NCBI GenBank assembly: GCA_013239625.1 | Contig: MU054212.1 | Location: 2,232,001-2,296,000, forward strand | DNA length: 64,000 bases | Reading direction: 5' to 3' | Origin: Lama guanicoe | Taxonomy: Eukaryota | Shown: positions 24,365 through 36,388 of the stretch, piece after piece | How the letters are laid out: each line of letters opens with the position of its first letter | How positions within the stretch are numbered: the first letter of the stretch is position 1 | The notes under the pieces: model-generated | The model's input: only the letters and a program-made list of their open reading frames with translations | Database searches by the model: none | Told to the model about the DNA's origin: nothing | Translations under genes and position numbers: made by a program

Positions 24365-24720
24365 TTACCACTATTTTTTTATTCTAGTGATCATATGTAT
24401 CCAAAAGCAAAAAGAAAAAAATCAAAGTAACATGTACTCCAAGCACTGAAGCCCTAGCAACTCATACAGTCAGATATATCAGTTTTTTAAAAAGCAGGAT
24501 TGTGATGAATATACGCTTTTAACATTTTGTTCCACCTAATATAACTTGAACAAATAGTAAACCGTATATTTTAGTCCCCCTATTGTTGGACACTTAAGCT
24601 ATTTCCAATTTTTTTGCTCTTAGAAGATATCCCAAAATTAGCATCCTTGCAACAGTACATAAATGTGTATACACACTTGTGATTATTTATTCCATAGAAT
24701 AATCTACAAGAGGAACATAC
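24365..24720 (-). mobile_element. Ancient L1 (L1ME-like) 3' fragment
   Basis: 'agtccccctattgttggacacttaagctatttccaattttttgct...gcatccttg'. Confidence 0.65.
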
Positions 24721-25712
24721 ATTTTATATCAGACCAAGGTAAGCCTTAAAGCATTTCTAATTATATAAGCAAGGGACGAGATCATAATCAAAATTACCAA
24801 TACGTTTGGCCTCTTAAAAATGGAAACCCAGGCTCCTTGTCTCCAGGTTTTGCCTACACCTAAGGTCATGCCTTACTGCCCAGCAACACATCTTACACAT
24901 GGTGGGAGTGTTGGCCACTACTGTATTAGCTGTGCAGCAGGAGGGAGCTGGGGGATTTATTTCAGTCAACAAATTCCAAAGGTACCAACAAATATAAAGG
25001 CCAAATATCCAAATGTGGTCATCTGAAACTAGAAGATCCATGTGGCGTTTTCCTCAGAGGTCTCCTTTGAGTTTAGGGTTCCTCTTCATATAACCAGGAT
25101 GTGCAACTCCAACCCACATGTAGAACCAGCTTCAAGAGAATAAAGGGGACAATAAAGGGGTGTTCGCATATGCCTTACGGATCCCTCAATCTTTCCCTGT
25201 TATTTAGGTAAGAAATTTTTAAAGAATGAATGCCATTTAAGCCTATTAGAAATCTTATTTGTTCTAACATAATGCACAAAAACACATTGGTGAGTTATCA
25301 AGCCGACAGTGCAATTAGTAATGAGTGAGGATTAATGTCTTTGCAGAAATGTGATCCATGAATAAAAACTGGTGTAAAATTAAACTCTAGACATACACAG
25401 TCATTTGTGATCTTTAAAAAGAAGACCTGTGCTGAGTTGTGAGTTTTCTTTGCAGGGGACCGAGGCAAGAGTCATGGAGCTATGAGGTGAGAAGAGGTGT
25501 TGGGGTCCCCTACTCTGGGCTGCCTTCAGGGCAGCTGGGCTGCCACGGCCCACTGCTCTCTGCTCTGCCTCTGGCCTTTCCACCAGCCCAACACAACCAC
25601 CTACAGGTCAGCAGCAACTGCCTCCAGGTTGTTTGTAGCTAGACCTTCCTTCTTTATTTCCAGTTATTCTTCTTCCAACACTATTTCCACCAGATTCCAA
25701 ACTCTCAGTAAT

Positions 25713-26100
25713 TGTTATGGGCTGAATTGTGTCCCCCTAAAAGATGTTGAAGCCCTAACCCCCCGTACCAGTGCATGTGACCTTATTTGGAAGTTGAGTC
25801 TATGCAGATGATCAAGTTAGGATGAGGTCATTAAGGTGGGTCCTAATCCAAAGACTGTGTTCTTATAAAAAGGGGAAATTTAGACACAGATATATGTACT
25901 GGGAGAATGCCATGTGGGCATGAAGGCAAAGACTGGGGTGATATACCTTTAAGCCAAGGAACGCAAAGATTGCCGGCAAGCCACCAGAAGCAAGAAGAGG
26001 CATGAAATGGACTCTCCCTTGCAGCCCTCGGAAGGAACCAACCCTGCCAACACCTTGGTCTCAGGCATCCAGCCTCCAGCACTGAGAAAATACTGATACC
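25713..26100 (+). mobile_element. MaLR solo LTR (MLT1C-like)
   Basis: 'tgttatgggctgaattgtgtcccc...gtgaccttatttggaa...gatgaggtcattaaggtgggtcctaatcca...gccaaggaacgc...ccaccagaagc...gaaggaaccaaccctgccaacaccttg'. Confidence 0.92.
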
Positions 26101-26494
26101 ATAGTGCTTCCTGACCCAGAGCCAGACTTTGTCCTTCATACTCAATCTCTCCATCTCCCCTCCTGCCTCTGCCATAGTCCTGACTCCCAGGAACCCATTC
26201 TCAGTCTGGCCCCTAGACTGTAGCTCTGGCCCAGCCGCCCACTGCCTGGTATACTTTCCCATCCTGGGAACGTGTTTATGTAAGGGGGACGGGGAGCCTG
26301 GGGGCTGGGCTCAGACCTTAGAGACACTGACAGAGGAACTGAAATCAACTGCTGAGCCTCTGCTGCCTCCACCTGCTACAGAAGGGAGAGGAGGTAAGAG
26401 CTGGTTCTGCTCCCAAGAGTTTCCAGAAGGCAGCTGGTCCTTTGTGTCCCCAGGGCAGCCACCGCCAGCACAGGCTGCTGGCCAGGAACAAAGA

Positions 26495-26714
26495 CGCAGC
26501 AGTCAGGTGGCTTAAGTTCCATCTCGACTCTACCACTTGCTGGTTAGGGGACCTACAGCAAATTACATCTCTGCACCTCAATTTCTCCATCTATAACATG
26601 GGAACAATAATAGCCCCTACCTCACCGGGTTATTGTGAGGATTTAAAAATCCAGTATATGTAATGTGATGGCACAGTACCTAGTTCGGAATAAATGTTAT
26701 GCAAGTATTTGCTT
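26495..26714 (+). mobile_element. MIR SINE, near full length
   Basis: 'ctctaccacttgctgg...ctctgcacctcaatttctccatctataacatgggaacaataatagcccctacctcaccgggttattgtgaggattt'. Confidence 0.88.
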
Positions 26715-26737
26715 TGGGGGATTTTGTTTTTTATTCC

Positions 26738-27076
26738 ATAGGACTGTATGCCCCAGTTTTCTTGGGACTGTCTCAGGGTATACCTGTGATTTTGGCATAA
26801 TTATAGCCCCACCAACAACAACCGCCAACCCTCTTCCTCCCTTTATTCTCACAGGAGGTAAACACTACTTGGTAAAAAATAAATAAGATACAAGGATGTA
26901 ATGCACAGAATAGAGAATATAGCCAGCATTTTATAATAACTTTATATCATGTATAATTTATAAAAATATTGAATCATTATGTTGTACACCTGGAACTAAT
27001 ACAATTTTGTAAGACAACTATACTTCATTAAAAATAAAAATTAAAAAATTATAAAAAACAGATCCATAGTCACTCT
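26738..27076. mobile_element. hAT-Blackjack MITE (MER94-like) interrupted by an L1 3' end
   Basis: Left part 'tatgccccagttttcttgggactgtc...ggcataattatagcccc...tttattctca'. The right terminus 'atagtcactcta' follows the L1 poly(A). Confidence 0.55.
26874..27058 (+). mobile_element. Younger L1 3' end (laurasiatherian/artiodactyl type), severely 5'-truncated
   Basis: 'gaatatagccagcattttataataac...tgaatcattatgttgtacacctggaactaatac...caactatacttcatt' followed by an A-rich tail. Confidence 0.85.
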
Positions 27077-27619
27077 ACAAATCAGGGCCGTCTCTGATTC
27101 TGGAAGATGAGGTCATTTCCAGGGAGGCCCCAGTTCTCTGCTTCGGTATGTGGAAATATTCCCTTCTTAGAGGCAGGAGAAGCCCATCCTGAGACAGCTC
27201 AGTTTTGAGTATTCCTGCTGAACGCCTGCCCCACCCCAAGGCTCGGGGCGCTTTCTGTGACCGCAGCCTGGGAAACCCGCACTTCCTCCTCCCTGCTAAC
27301 CATCACAAGCGCCAGACCCCTCAGGCCAGTCGGCAGGAACTGCTTTATTATCAGCTGCAAGGGATTGTGAAGGCAGAAACTCCGTACAGGGTGGGGACTA
27401 CATAAACAGGGACACAGTCCAGTTTCATGGACAAACCTTTCAGACCTGACGAGGAGACACTTACCTAAACTCCATTCTCTTCCCAGAGCAGGCTTCTCTG
27501 ATTGGCCTCTCAAAAATCCTGCATTCTCTGTCACTTCCAGTCTGCTTTTATTCAGAGTTGGGGCCCTGCTCCATTACGTATGCATGCTACACTGGTCTCT
27601 TCTGATTCTTCTGTCCCTC

Positions 27620-28480
27620 CCTTTCCCTCCCTCCCTTTTAATCAGTGTTTATTGATCCGTCTATTATGTGCCAGGCATAGTCCTAAGTGTTAGAGATACT
27701 GTAGTGAATAAGACAGAAGTCTGTGCCTTTGTGGGATTCATACTCTCATGGGGAAAAAGAAACATCAGACAAACAAGTAAAAAATATAGATAGATAAACA
27801 GACAGACAGACAGGCAGGCAGACAGATTTTAGACAAGGGATTGGCACAAGAAATTTCTAGAAAGGGCCAGATAGTAAATATTTTAGATGTTGTTTGCCTC
27901 TGTTGCAAGTATTCAACTCTGCCATGCTAGTGCAAATTGCCACAGATGTACACATGGTGTGGCTGTATTCCAATAAAACTTTATTTATAAAAACAGGCAG
28001 CAGATCAGATAGGCCATAGGTCTCTAGTTTGACACTCCTGTTTTAGAAACTGATAAAGGCCATGAAGAAATTAGAATGGAGTGTATTGTAACTGAGAGGA
28101 AGAATAACTCAGGTGGTCAGCAGAGGTCCCTCTGAGGAGCAGAACTTTGCACCAGGCCTAAATGATGGGAAAGAGGAAGGCGTGGCTCAGAGTATTCTAG
28201 GCACAGGAGTCAGCTGGAGTAAAAATCCTGACAGAAAGATGAACTCAGAATGTTCTAGAATGGGGGAAAAAGCCAGTGTGATTGCAGCAACCTGGGGAGA
28301 GCAACTAGAAAAGTCATGAGAGAAGGAGCCAGAGCCAAGGTAAGTACTTTGCACTTTATTCTGAATGAAACTGAAGCCACCAGAGGATTTTAAGCAAAAG
28401 AGTGACATAATCTGATTCATGTTTTCAAAGTGTGCTTTGGTTGCTGTGTGGAGGATACACGACAGGGGACAAGATGGGGC
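27620..28480 (-). mobile_element. L2 LINE 3' portion, interrupted by MER58A
   Basis: 'tttattgatccgtctattatgtgccaggcatagtcctaagtgttagagatactgtagtgaataagacag'. Later 'gaagccaccagaggattttaagcaaaagagtgacataatctgatt'. Confidence 0.88.
27835..28040 (+). mobile_element. hAT-Charlie MITE (MER58A-like) with 8-bp TSD
   Basis: 'aaagggccagatagtaaatattttag...ttcaactctgcc...gtattccaataaaactttatttataaaaacaggcagcag...tagtttgacactcctg'. TSD ttttagac (27827-27834) and ttttagaa (28041-28048). Confidence 0.9.
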
Positions 28481-28584
28481 CACAGAGACTTGCCGGTGGC
28501 CCATCAGAGTCAAGTCCCAGTGAGAGCCCAGCTTTTACCTCCAGTCAGAAATGGAAAAGTGGCTGAACGTTCCCAGGAACTCCA

Positions 28585-28960
28585 CTGTTTCAGGAAGGGC
28601 ACTTTGGTTGTGAGCAAGAGAAGCAGGTTCTGAATGACTGGAGTGAAAAGGGAATTTATTAGAAAGGAAAGGGGAGTGGGTGCCTTGGAAAGGACAGGTG
28701 TCTCGGAAGCAGGAAGTACCTAACAGCTGTGAAACGGCCTCTTAAATGAGAATCAACTCCAAATATTGGGGAAAAAAATCCTTGAATCACTAAGATTCCT
28801 TACAGTCCAGTTGGCTGAGTTTTGCCGCAAGCCCACTCTTGGAGGAGGGAGAGCATAGCACGTTGACTTAAAGTCTCAGCAGGAGTGCACATGATGAGAG
28901 ACATGTGATCACCCCGATAGGAAATTAGGGTGTTGCTGCCACTGGAGAGAACGGACGCTG
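28585..28960 (-). mobile_element. Old MaLR LTR (MLT1K/L-like), decayed
   Basis: 'ctttggttgtgagcaagagaagc...aaagggaatttattagaaagga' resembles the antisense MLT1 3' end. Confidence 0.45.
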
Positions 28961-29436
28961 GGTGGCCCAATTACAACAAAAACCCTCAAGATCCGTTTTT
29001 TTCTGGTGTTCGGTTTCTACTGAAGGGAAAATCTCTTTTCTTCCTTTAATTGTTCTCCCACCATTAGGTTTAGTTCCCCTTAGACAGAAGACATTTATTG
29101 GGCTAGAAAAACACGTCCTGTTTATCCACGTCCCCCACTGCACACCACCCAGAGATCAATTTCCACGAAAACGCTGCTTTGATGAGGACAGAGAGAACCG
29201 TGTCATCTGGAAGTCAAGCTGCTTCCCTGACCCTCTTAGCCTCACCCCTGAGTCAGGACTGCAGACTGGCCAAATGGTTCTCCTTGCTGCTTCCCAAATA
29301 CAGTGAGCATGTCCATTCTTTTGCTTATGCTTTTTCTCCCACCTGAATCTCTTCTGAATATTCTTAAATGTTTACTGAGTACCACTATATATAAGGCACT
29401 GTGTTGAGCACACAATAATCACTCTGGTGCTTTAAG

Positions 29437-29600
29437 CAGTGCTTCTCAAATTTTAATGTGCATCCAAACCATGGGGGATCGTGTTAAAATGAAGATTCTT
29501 ATTTCACATGTTAGGGGTGAGGCCTGGTCCTCTGCATTTCTCACAAGCTCCAGGTTTTGCTGATGCTTCAAGTCTGCTGGCCATGTGTTATTTTAAAGTA
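29437..29600. mobile_element. hAT-Charlie MITE (MER5A-like)
   Basis: 'cagtgcttctcaaattttaatgtgcatc...gttaaaatgaagattct...ggggtgaggcctg...ctgcatttctcacaagctccagg...gctgatgct'. Confidence 0.85.
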
Positions 29601-29764
29601 GATGTACTCAATAATAACACCTTCATTCAATAATAACTACCATTTGTAGAGTGTTCTGAATTTTACAAAGTACTTTTCAAACATTATCTTATTTAACTCA
29701 GCACAATTCCATGAGTCAGCAGAGTAGCAATTATTATATCCATTAAAAAAAAATTTCACCTCCT

Positions 29765-29796
<32 letters not shown>

Positions 29797-29810
29797 GTAC
29801 ATACATACAT
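29765..29810. repeat. (CA)n microsatellite with TACA flanks
   Basis: About 14 CA units. Confidence 0.95.
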
Positions 29811-30235
29811 GGTTTCTCTGAACCATTTTAAAGTAAGTTGCACGTATCTTGACACCTTATTCCTAAATACTCCAATAGTTTCTCTTGAGAAAAAGACATT
29901 CTCTTACTTAACCCCAACCCTAATCCCATTGTCATATATAAGAAATTCAATGTAGACACTCTGATATCTAACATATAGCACATATTCAAAGTTTTCTCAC
30001 TGTCCTCAAAATGTCCTTTTTAGCTGGGTCTTCCTTTTTTTGGATTCAGGATCTGATCAAGGATCATATATTGCATTAGTCAGTATGTGCTTTAGTCTTC
30101 AAAACTTTTTAATCTTTTATGATAGTAACATTTTTGAAGATTGCAGGGAAGTTTTCATGTAGAATATCCTACGATCCGGATTTGCCTGATTATTTATTCA
30201 TGATTATATTCAGGCTAAACATTGACAAAAACATT
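29811..30235 (-). mobile_element. L1MC4/5-like 3' end fragment
   Basis: 'tctgaaccattttaaagtaagttgca...cctaaatactcca...aagacattctcttacttaacc...catattcaaa...ttcaggatctgatcaaggatca'. Confidence 0.8.
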
Positions 30236-32865
30236 ACACAGACGAACGATAAGGAATAAGGAAACAGACTCACACATATTATGTGATTTGCCCACAGTTA
30301 TATAGCTATTTTAAAAAGCCATAACAAGGATTGCACTATTCCATGATGATATATGAATGTGTGTGTTTAAACTACACATACAATAGAATTATAAAGGGGC
30401 TGCTGCATTCCACCTACAAAAAGACAAATCATCATTTATTTTTTTTTGTGACCCACCCAACTCTTTTTAAAAAGCCATGGGCTGGAAGTGCTCACCAAAG
30501 ATCCTTTCTACCTCTCAGTGTTCATTTTCTACAGATACCCCTCCTACCCACGTAGAAATATACATGCACAGAACTTCACCTACACCCGTACAGTCCTCTT
30601 AAGTAATTAGTCAGCTGTGAATGTTGACTGGTTGAGAGGGACAAGGGAGATGAGTGGATAAATGAAGGAATAATGAGAGAGAGAATCCAGAGGTGTATGA
30701 AGGATTGAGAGTGGGCAACATGACCAAGAGAATCCAGAATCTCTTTGATCCTTAATTGTCTATTATTTTGTCATTTGATAGTGTTACATTTGCAGCCTCA
30801 AAGGCTTTTTAATTATTAACTTTGGGGCTACATTTGCAGATATTAATAAATTTCTTACACTAATTGTCCAAAAATTAACAGATTAAAAAGTAAACATTAA
30901 CTTTCTATGACCAAAGCAATTATCTGGGCTCATGAAAAGACCATGCATAAAAGCATTAGCTTACAGACAAAAGCATGTCTGCTGTTAGATTTACAAGAGG
31001 CATTCAGCACAGATTAAAATGCAGGCAAAATGAACACACACTAAGAATGTGACAAATTTTTATGCAAGTATAATTTTATTCCAGATAGGCAACAGCTCTT
31101 TTTAAAATGAAATGACTAAAAATCTAGCAAAGGCGCTAGTAATGACTACACTGCATCTCATATTTCTTTTAAGAAATTAAATTAAAACATTTTTCATTTT
31201 GATGGGGAAAAACAATTCAAATGCCCTGAAAACAACAGTATTTTGGGGTTTTGAAACAGTAAGCAAGGTCCCTTTCATTTTCCACAAATACCCACTTCCC
31301 TAGTGTGGCTTTGTCATCAGGGAATATATGTGTGTTTTTATAGCTGTTAAAAACCCGTGAATTCTAGGGTTTATGACAGAGAGACTAAACTGCCTTTAAT
31401 GATGGTGGCATGAACATTAATTTGAGATAGTATATGCCACACTGCACAAAATAGATCATAATATCGTCAAGTTGGAAATTAGAACTGAAACCTCTGTATA
31501 TGTAAATATTAATGAAAGTGGTAGGAGTCAGAATAAAGCATAGTGGTTGCAGAGGGAAAAATCAACTTAGAAACAACCTTATAACGTGAAGAACAGATGG
31601 ACACAGTGCCACTGAACTGTCCAATCTTCACAGCACTTGGAGTAGGGCATGGGCAGTGGAGAAGAGGGGCAGTGGGGAAGAGGGACCATGGACCAAGAAA
31701 TGATGCTCCCATTCTGGCTTAATAAGCACTGACCGGTAGCACCTTGCTAAGCCTGTGGTTCAGTCTGTTATATATATAGTCGTACAGAAGGAGGTCTGGC
31801 CATCAGCATGTGTGGGGTGTAGAGACATACTTAAGAATCCTAACTGAAACATACATGTGATCTCCTTGGGGGAAAAATTGTTTTAAATTATAAACCATGG
31901 CAGGGTTGGTGGGAGAAAAAGGGACAAAATGGGGCAGTGGGGAAGAGGGGGCAGGGGAAAGAATTTCCAGATTTCCTACTTCATGTAGGGGCTGTCTTGC
32001 TCCATTACTTCCTATGATGAGCAAGTGCTTTAGGGGACTTTCTTTTTTTTTTCCTGCAGCAGGTCAGTGTTCTCTGTAAAGAGAAGCAACAGGAAGAGGG
32101 CAATAGTTTTGTGCTGTGAAGGAAAAATACAAAAACCTGTTAAAGGGAAAGACAGAACAATATTCCTTAGGATATGTTCCCTCCTGCAGCTTTTTTGTAC
32201 TTGCCAAACATTATTTCAAGGACAAATAATTGTCCTTTCATGGCCTGCAACCAAAGGGGCATGGTATTTCAGGTGGAAAGATGGAGAGACAGATTTCATT
32301 TCTTTTACTCTTGCAGATGTATAGATCGCATTTGGCTCTATAAACAATTACTTGTTGCTTATCATTTTTATATGGGACACAAATCATTTGTGATATTTAT
32401 TTACAAGGGCTTAGAGACAACACTACTGAAGAAAATACAGGGAACAGGTACTCGAGTAGGCATACAGGAAAGCAAAATGGAAGCTCAGTCTCAGGGAAGA
32501 TTCAATACCAAAAAGATTAACTCAGGTAGTAAAATGGAAGGAAGGGGAAAACAGTACCATTAAAAAGAGGAAAGAGCTGCCTTAAGTATTGCTCTAAGGA
32601 GAATTCACCAGAATCTGAAAGAGCTAAATATTACTAACAGGCTTCAACATGGGGATAAATAGGTAAGACAGTAATAGCGTTTTTCTTTATGTTGCAATTT
32701 TTCCCTAAGAATCTAAAAGTACCTCACATGTATATTGCAAAATAAGAAGATTCTGACCGTCGGAGCAGTTAAACATTTGAACAAGTTACCAAGGATGCTT
32801 CAAGTGTCTGTTATGGAGATCTTGAAAATGGAGTGGCTTCTTATGTATCTGGACTTGTTATGGAC

Positions 32866-33050
32866 CATTGTTTTTCAAGCTTTAGTCTGCATCAAAATTT
32901 GGAGGGTTTGCTAAAATTTCTGGGTCCGTCACTGGAGTTTCCTGATTCTGCATGCAGGTCTGGGAAATGCGCTGCAGAGTTTCCATTTGTAACAAGCTGT
33001 GAAGGATGCTCTTGCTGTAGATTTAGGGGCCACATTGGTTAAAGGCATAG
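32866..33050. mobile_element. hAT-Charlie MITE (MER5A-like)
   Basis: 'ttcaagctttagtctgcatcaaaatttggagggtttgctaaaa...gagtttcctgattc...aggtctggg...catttgtaacaagc'. Confidence 0.8.
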
Positions 33051-33059
33051 ACCTGTCTA

Positions 33060-33282
33060 ATAATGCTAATAACCACCATCTGTTGAGCTCTGACTCTGTG
33101 CAAGCCATGTGCACTATACTCGGTGGATATCACCTTCCTCCTGTTGTACCAGGTGTGAAGCTACAGGTGGGAGATAATAAGCTATTTCTCAAATCACTCA
33201 TCAAGTTAGGGGCAGCGCTGGTACTCAAATCTGAGTTGGCTTGAATTCGGGTCCTTCACTCTAATCTACTGTGTTATGCTGT
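33060..33282 (-). mobile_element. MIR SINE, decayed
   Basis: 'taataaccaccatctgttgagctctgactctgtgcaagccatgtgc...ggtactcaaatctgagttggcttgaattc'. Confidence 0.65.
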
Positions 33283-33957
33283 CTAGTGGCAGAGATATGA
33301 ATGATCTCTAAGAACTGTGTGCACTTACAAGTTTCCAACCACACAAGATGCAGAGGGAAAGTATAGCACAAAACTTAAAGAAAGCACATGATTTTCAGAG
33401 GTTTCATAATCTTTAGCCCTCACTTTGATGTATAAGTCCACATCTCTCCTCTAGGTATTAGTTACAAACTGTACCGCTGTAACCCAAATATCAGCTGTCC
33501 CTTGATTCTCCTTTACAAGCTTCTCCTGATTCTTGGCACCATCACAAATAGATACACTGATACAAAATCATGTTAGACTGATGCAGATTTTGTAAGGGAT
33601 GGAGGGCAGAGCTCACTATACCCCTGACCTTCCCACTGAACCCCTAGTCATTATTTGTCCCTCACTCCTGAATTATTCTTCTGTTTTCTTTCCTGATAGG
33701 TAAGTTATCACCCTGCTTTTAATATGTGGAGTTTCCTTCTTTACTTGAAAACTGGCCACCTCTCAGGTACCCCAGATTCTGGAGGTCGCTTTTACCCTAT
33801 AATTGACTTATAAAAGCATTTTTTCTCTTCCATAATGATCTCTCCACAAAGAAATTTTCCTATCAGCTGCTTGAGATAAAATATTCTGCATATCCTTACA
33901 TAGAGGCTGTATTTAAAAGTCCTGATAATTTCAAATGGAAGTTTTATATATTCTAGA

Positions 33958-34252
33958 TCTGCACTATCCAGATGTGGCTACTGAGCCCTTGAAAAGTGTT
34001 CAAATCGAGATGTGCTGAAATTGTAAAATACAAATTAGAAGGCTTAGTATGAAAAGAAGAATGCAAGATATCACATTAATAACTTTTACATCCATTACAT
34101 ATTGAAATGATGATATTTTGGATATACTGAGTTAAACAGGATATATTATTGAAATATATTTCGCCTCTGTCTTTTTAGTTTCGTTAGTATGACTACTAGG
34201 AAATTTAACACTACAAATGTGGCTAGCATTGTGTTTCTGTTGGACAGGACGT
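33958..34252. mobile_element. hAT-Charlie MITE (MER33-like)
   Basis: 'atgtggctactgagcccttgaaa...gagatgtgctg...gtaaaataca...ttagtatgaaaag...ttgaaatgatgatattttggatatactgagttaaa...atgtggctagcattgtgtttctgttggacag'. Confidence 0.88.
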
Positions 34253-34479
34253 TGTAGATCCTAAAGAAAACTAAGCAACTGACAAGTGGAGAATATGCTA
34301 AGGTTGGGTTTTTCTGAAAGTCATTGCACTGAAAAGTCATTCTTTACCTATAAGAGAACCAGAAAAGATCTACCATATACCTGTCACCACCCGGTAAACA
34401 TCAAAAACTAATCTTCAAGGGCTTCAGCTACTGCTGACCAGGCGCACTTGACACCGGGATTGGCAGGCAGGATAATTCT

Positions 34480-34690
34480 TTGTACATCTGATACAGCACT
34501 TACATTATGTCTTACACTGCATATCATTGCAAATTCTCAGTGAGTGAATGAATGAATGAATGAATGAATATCTTCCTTATTTTGGATAAGCATTTTGGCA
34601 GAAAGATTTATGGTTTTTATTCATTTTGCTTCATTGCACAGTGCTCTATACACAGCAAGGGTTCAGTAAATGTTTGTTGAAGGAATGGCA
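34480..34690 (+). mobile_element. L2 3' ends with a (TGAA)n tail
   Basis: 'gtgaatgaatgaatgaatgaatgaat' and 'cacagtgctctatacacagcaagggttcagtaaatgtttgttgaaggaatg'. Confidence 0.65.
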
Positions 34691-35864
34691 GCTTGGGAGG
34701 ACTGGGGAGGAGGAGGGTGGGTTACGAGGTAAAGGCTTGTATCATCTGGGGATATTTGGTTTGGCTGAACACAAACACAGTTCAAACTAACAAATTCACC
34801 ACTGAGGGCTCAGGCTTCATCATTCTTAAAGTCACAGGTCAGGGCTTTGGCTGTGCCTTATTTTAATTATGAAATGTGCAATTCAATATGTCACTTAGTG
34901 TTTGTGGCACAATCTCCAGGTTGCAATTTGCATAGCAGGAAATGAGACCAGGGTGTATCTTTTCATGCAAGATTTCAGAAACTCTAAAAAGAGACCTGCA
35001 AATTAGAATGTCTGTGATTCCCTTCGTGCTACGTGCAAAGAAAGAAAACTCGGGCATTTAGGAATGTAAGGGGCATCAACAAGTCAGCAGAGCCCAGTCC
35101 AGTCCAGGGTAAGTGGAGTGTTTCCATAGACGCTCACGACTCTTCCCCGCGTCTCTCTTCTGTTTTCTCTTTGTTGTATCCAAATTTAAAAGACCAAAGT
35201 CTACGCAGACATAGCAAAGAGACTGCAGTAAGAAAAACTGAGGTTTCTACTTAGCAAAAGCAAGAACACAAACATGATTCAAGAACAGGAAATAAAGAAA
35301 GAAATAGTTTCAGATCCAACAGGGAAGCCAAGCATGCCCTTCAGTTATCAGTAAATGGTGGGCACAAGAAAAATTTCCTTTTTCAGATATGAAAAAAGAG
35401 CATCCAGGTAATCATTCTGGGACAAATAAAAAACAAATAAATTTATTAAATATATGTATCATTCTTATACGGCTCAGTGCTGAATTTTGAATTAAACATG
35501 GAGATGGCCACCATAAACTTGATAGCTCTTGGATCTTAATCTGGACCTGAGAGGGTCTAATTACAGCATGATATATTACCCACACTTGAAAATACTGTAG
35601 GTCAATTCAGGGTCTCCAGACAACAACTTTATGCAGTAAAGTCAAATGGAATGTGATCATTATGACACCAACTCCCCTTAAAGGTGTTCCTCTCTGCCTG
35701 TGAAACCTTGAGTTTTCACAGTTGTGCTGGCCCCTAAGAATCCATGGTTAAAATTATTAAATAGCATATTATGTCACCACTGACGTTATACTGTTTTCTT
35801 GAATATAGTCACGGAAAACAAGATCTATAAGCAAGATACAGAGACCATAAAAATATCTCTATCA

Positions 35865-36128
35865 AGGGCATTTTTAGGGCAGCAAAACTATTCTGTATGA
35901 TTCTATGACGGCAGATTTATGTCATACATTTGTCAAAACCTATGGATGCACAACTGAAAGAGTGAACTTTGTGATAAAGACTTTGGAACATATGTACCAC
36001 ACCAGTGCAGGATGTTGGCAGTGGAGAGGCTGCATGTGTGTGTGGCGGGGAGGGGGAATATGAGAACTCTGTACTCTCTGCTCAATTTTGCTGTGAACCT
36101 AAAATTGCTCAAAAAAAAAGCCTATTAG
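35865..36128 (+). mobile_element. L1MC1-like 3' end
   Basis: 'ttttagggcagcaaaactattctgtatgat...catttgtcaaaacc...gagtgaac...tgcaggatgttggcagtgg...gagaactctgtactctctgctcaattttgctgtgaacctaaaattgctc'. Confidence 0.88.
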
Positions 36129-36323
36129 TTAATATATATCTTATACTTTATTTCTATCCATTTGTATGCTTCAGATCAAAAAACGTTTTCTACTTAGTGG
36201 GAGCTTTCTGTACTAACGATGTTAATGGAAGATGGGTGACATAGTATTGGTAGTTTGGTGATGAACCTAAGGAAGAGAAGAAATAAATCTCACCTCACCA
36301 GCTAGGGGATAAAAAAGAAATCT

Positions 36324-36388
36324 TGAAGAAGAAGGAGGAAGAGGAGGGAGGGCGAGAGAGAGAGAGAGAAGAAGGGAAGGAAGAGGAG
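36324..36388. repeat. GA-rich purine tract
   Basis: (GAA/GAG/GA)n run of about 65 bp. Confidence 0.85.

Larger units (their letters stand above)
29628..30310 (-). mobile_element. MIR split by an L1MC-like insertion (MIR parts ~29628-29745 and ~30235-30310)
   Basis: 'aataataactaccatttgtagagtgtt...ttatcttatttaactcagcacaattccatgag...ttattatatccatt' resumes as 'ataaggaaacagactcac...gtgatttgcccacagtta'. Confidence 0.7.
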
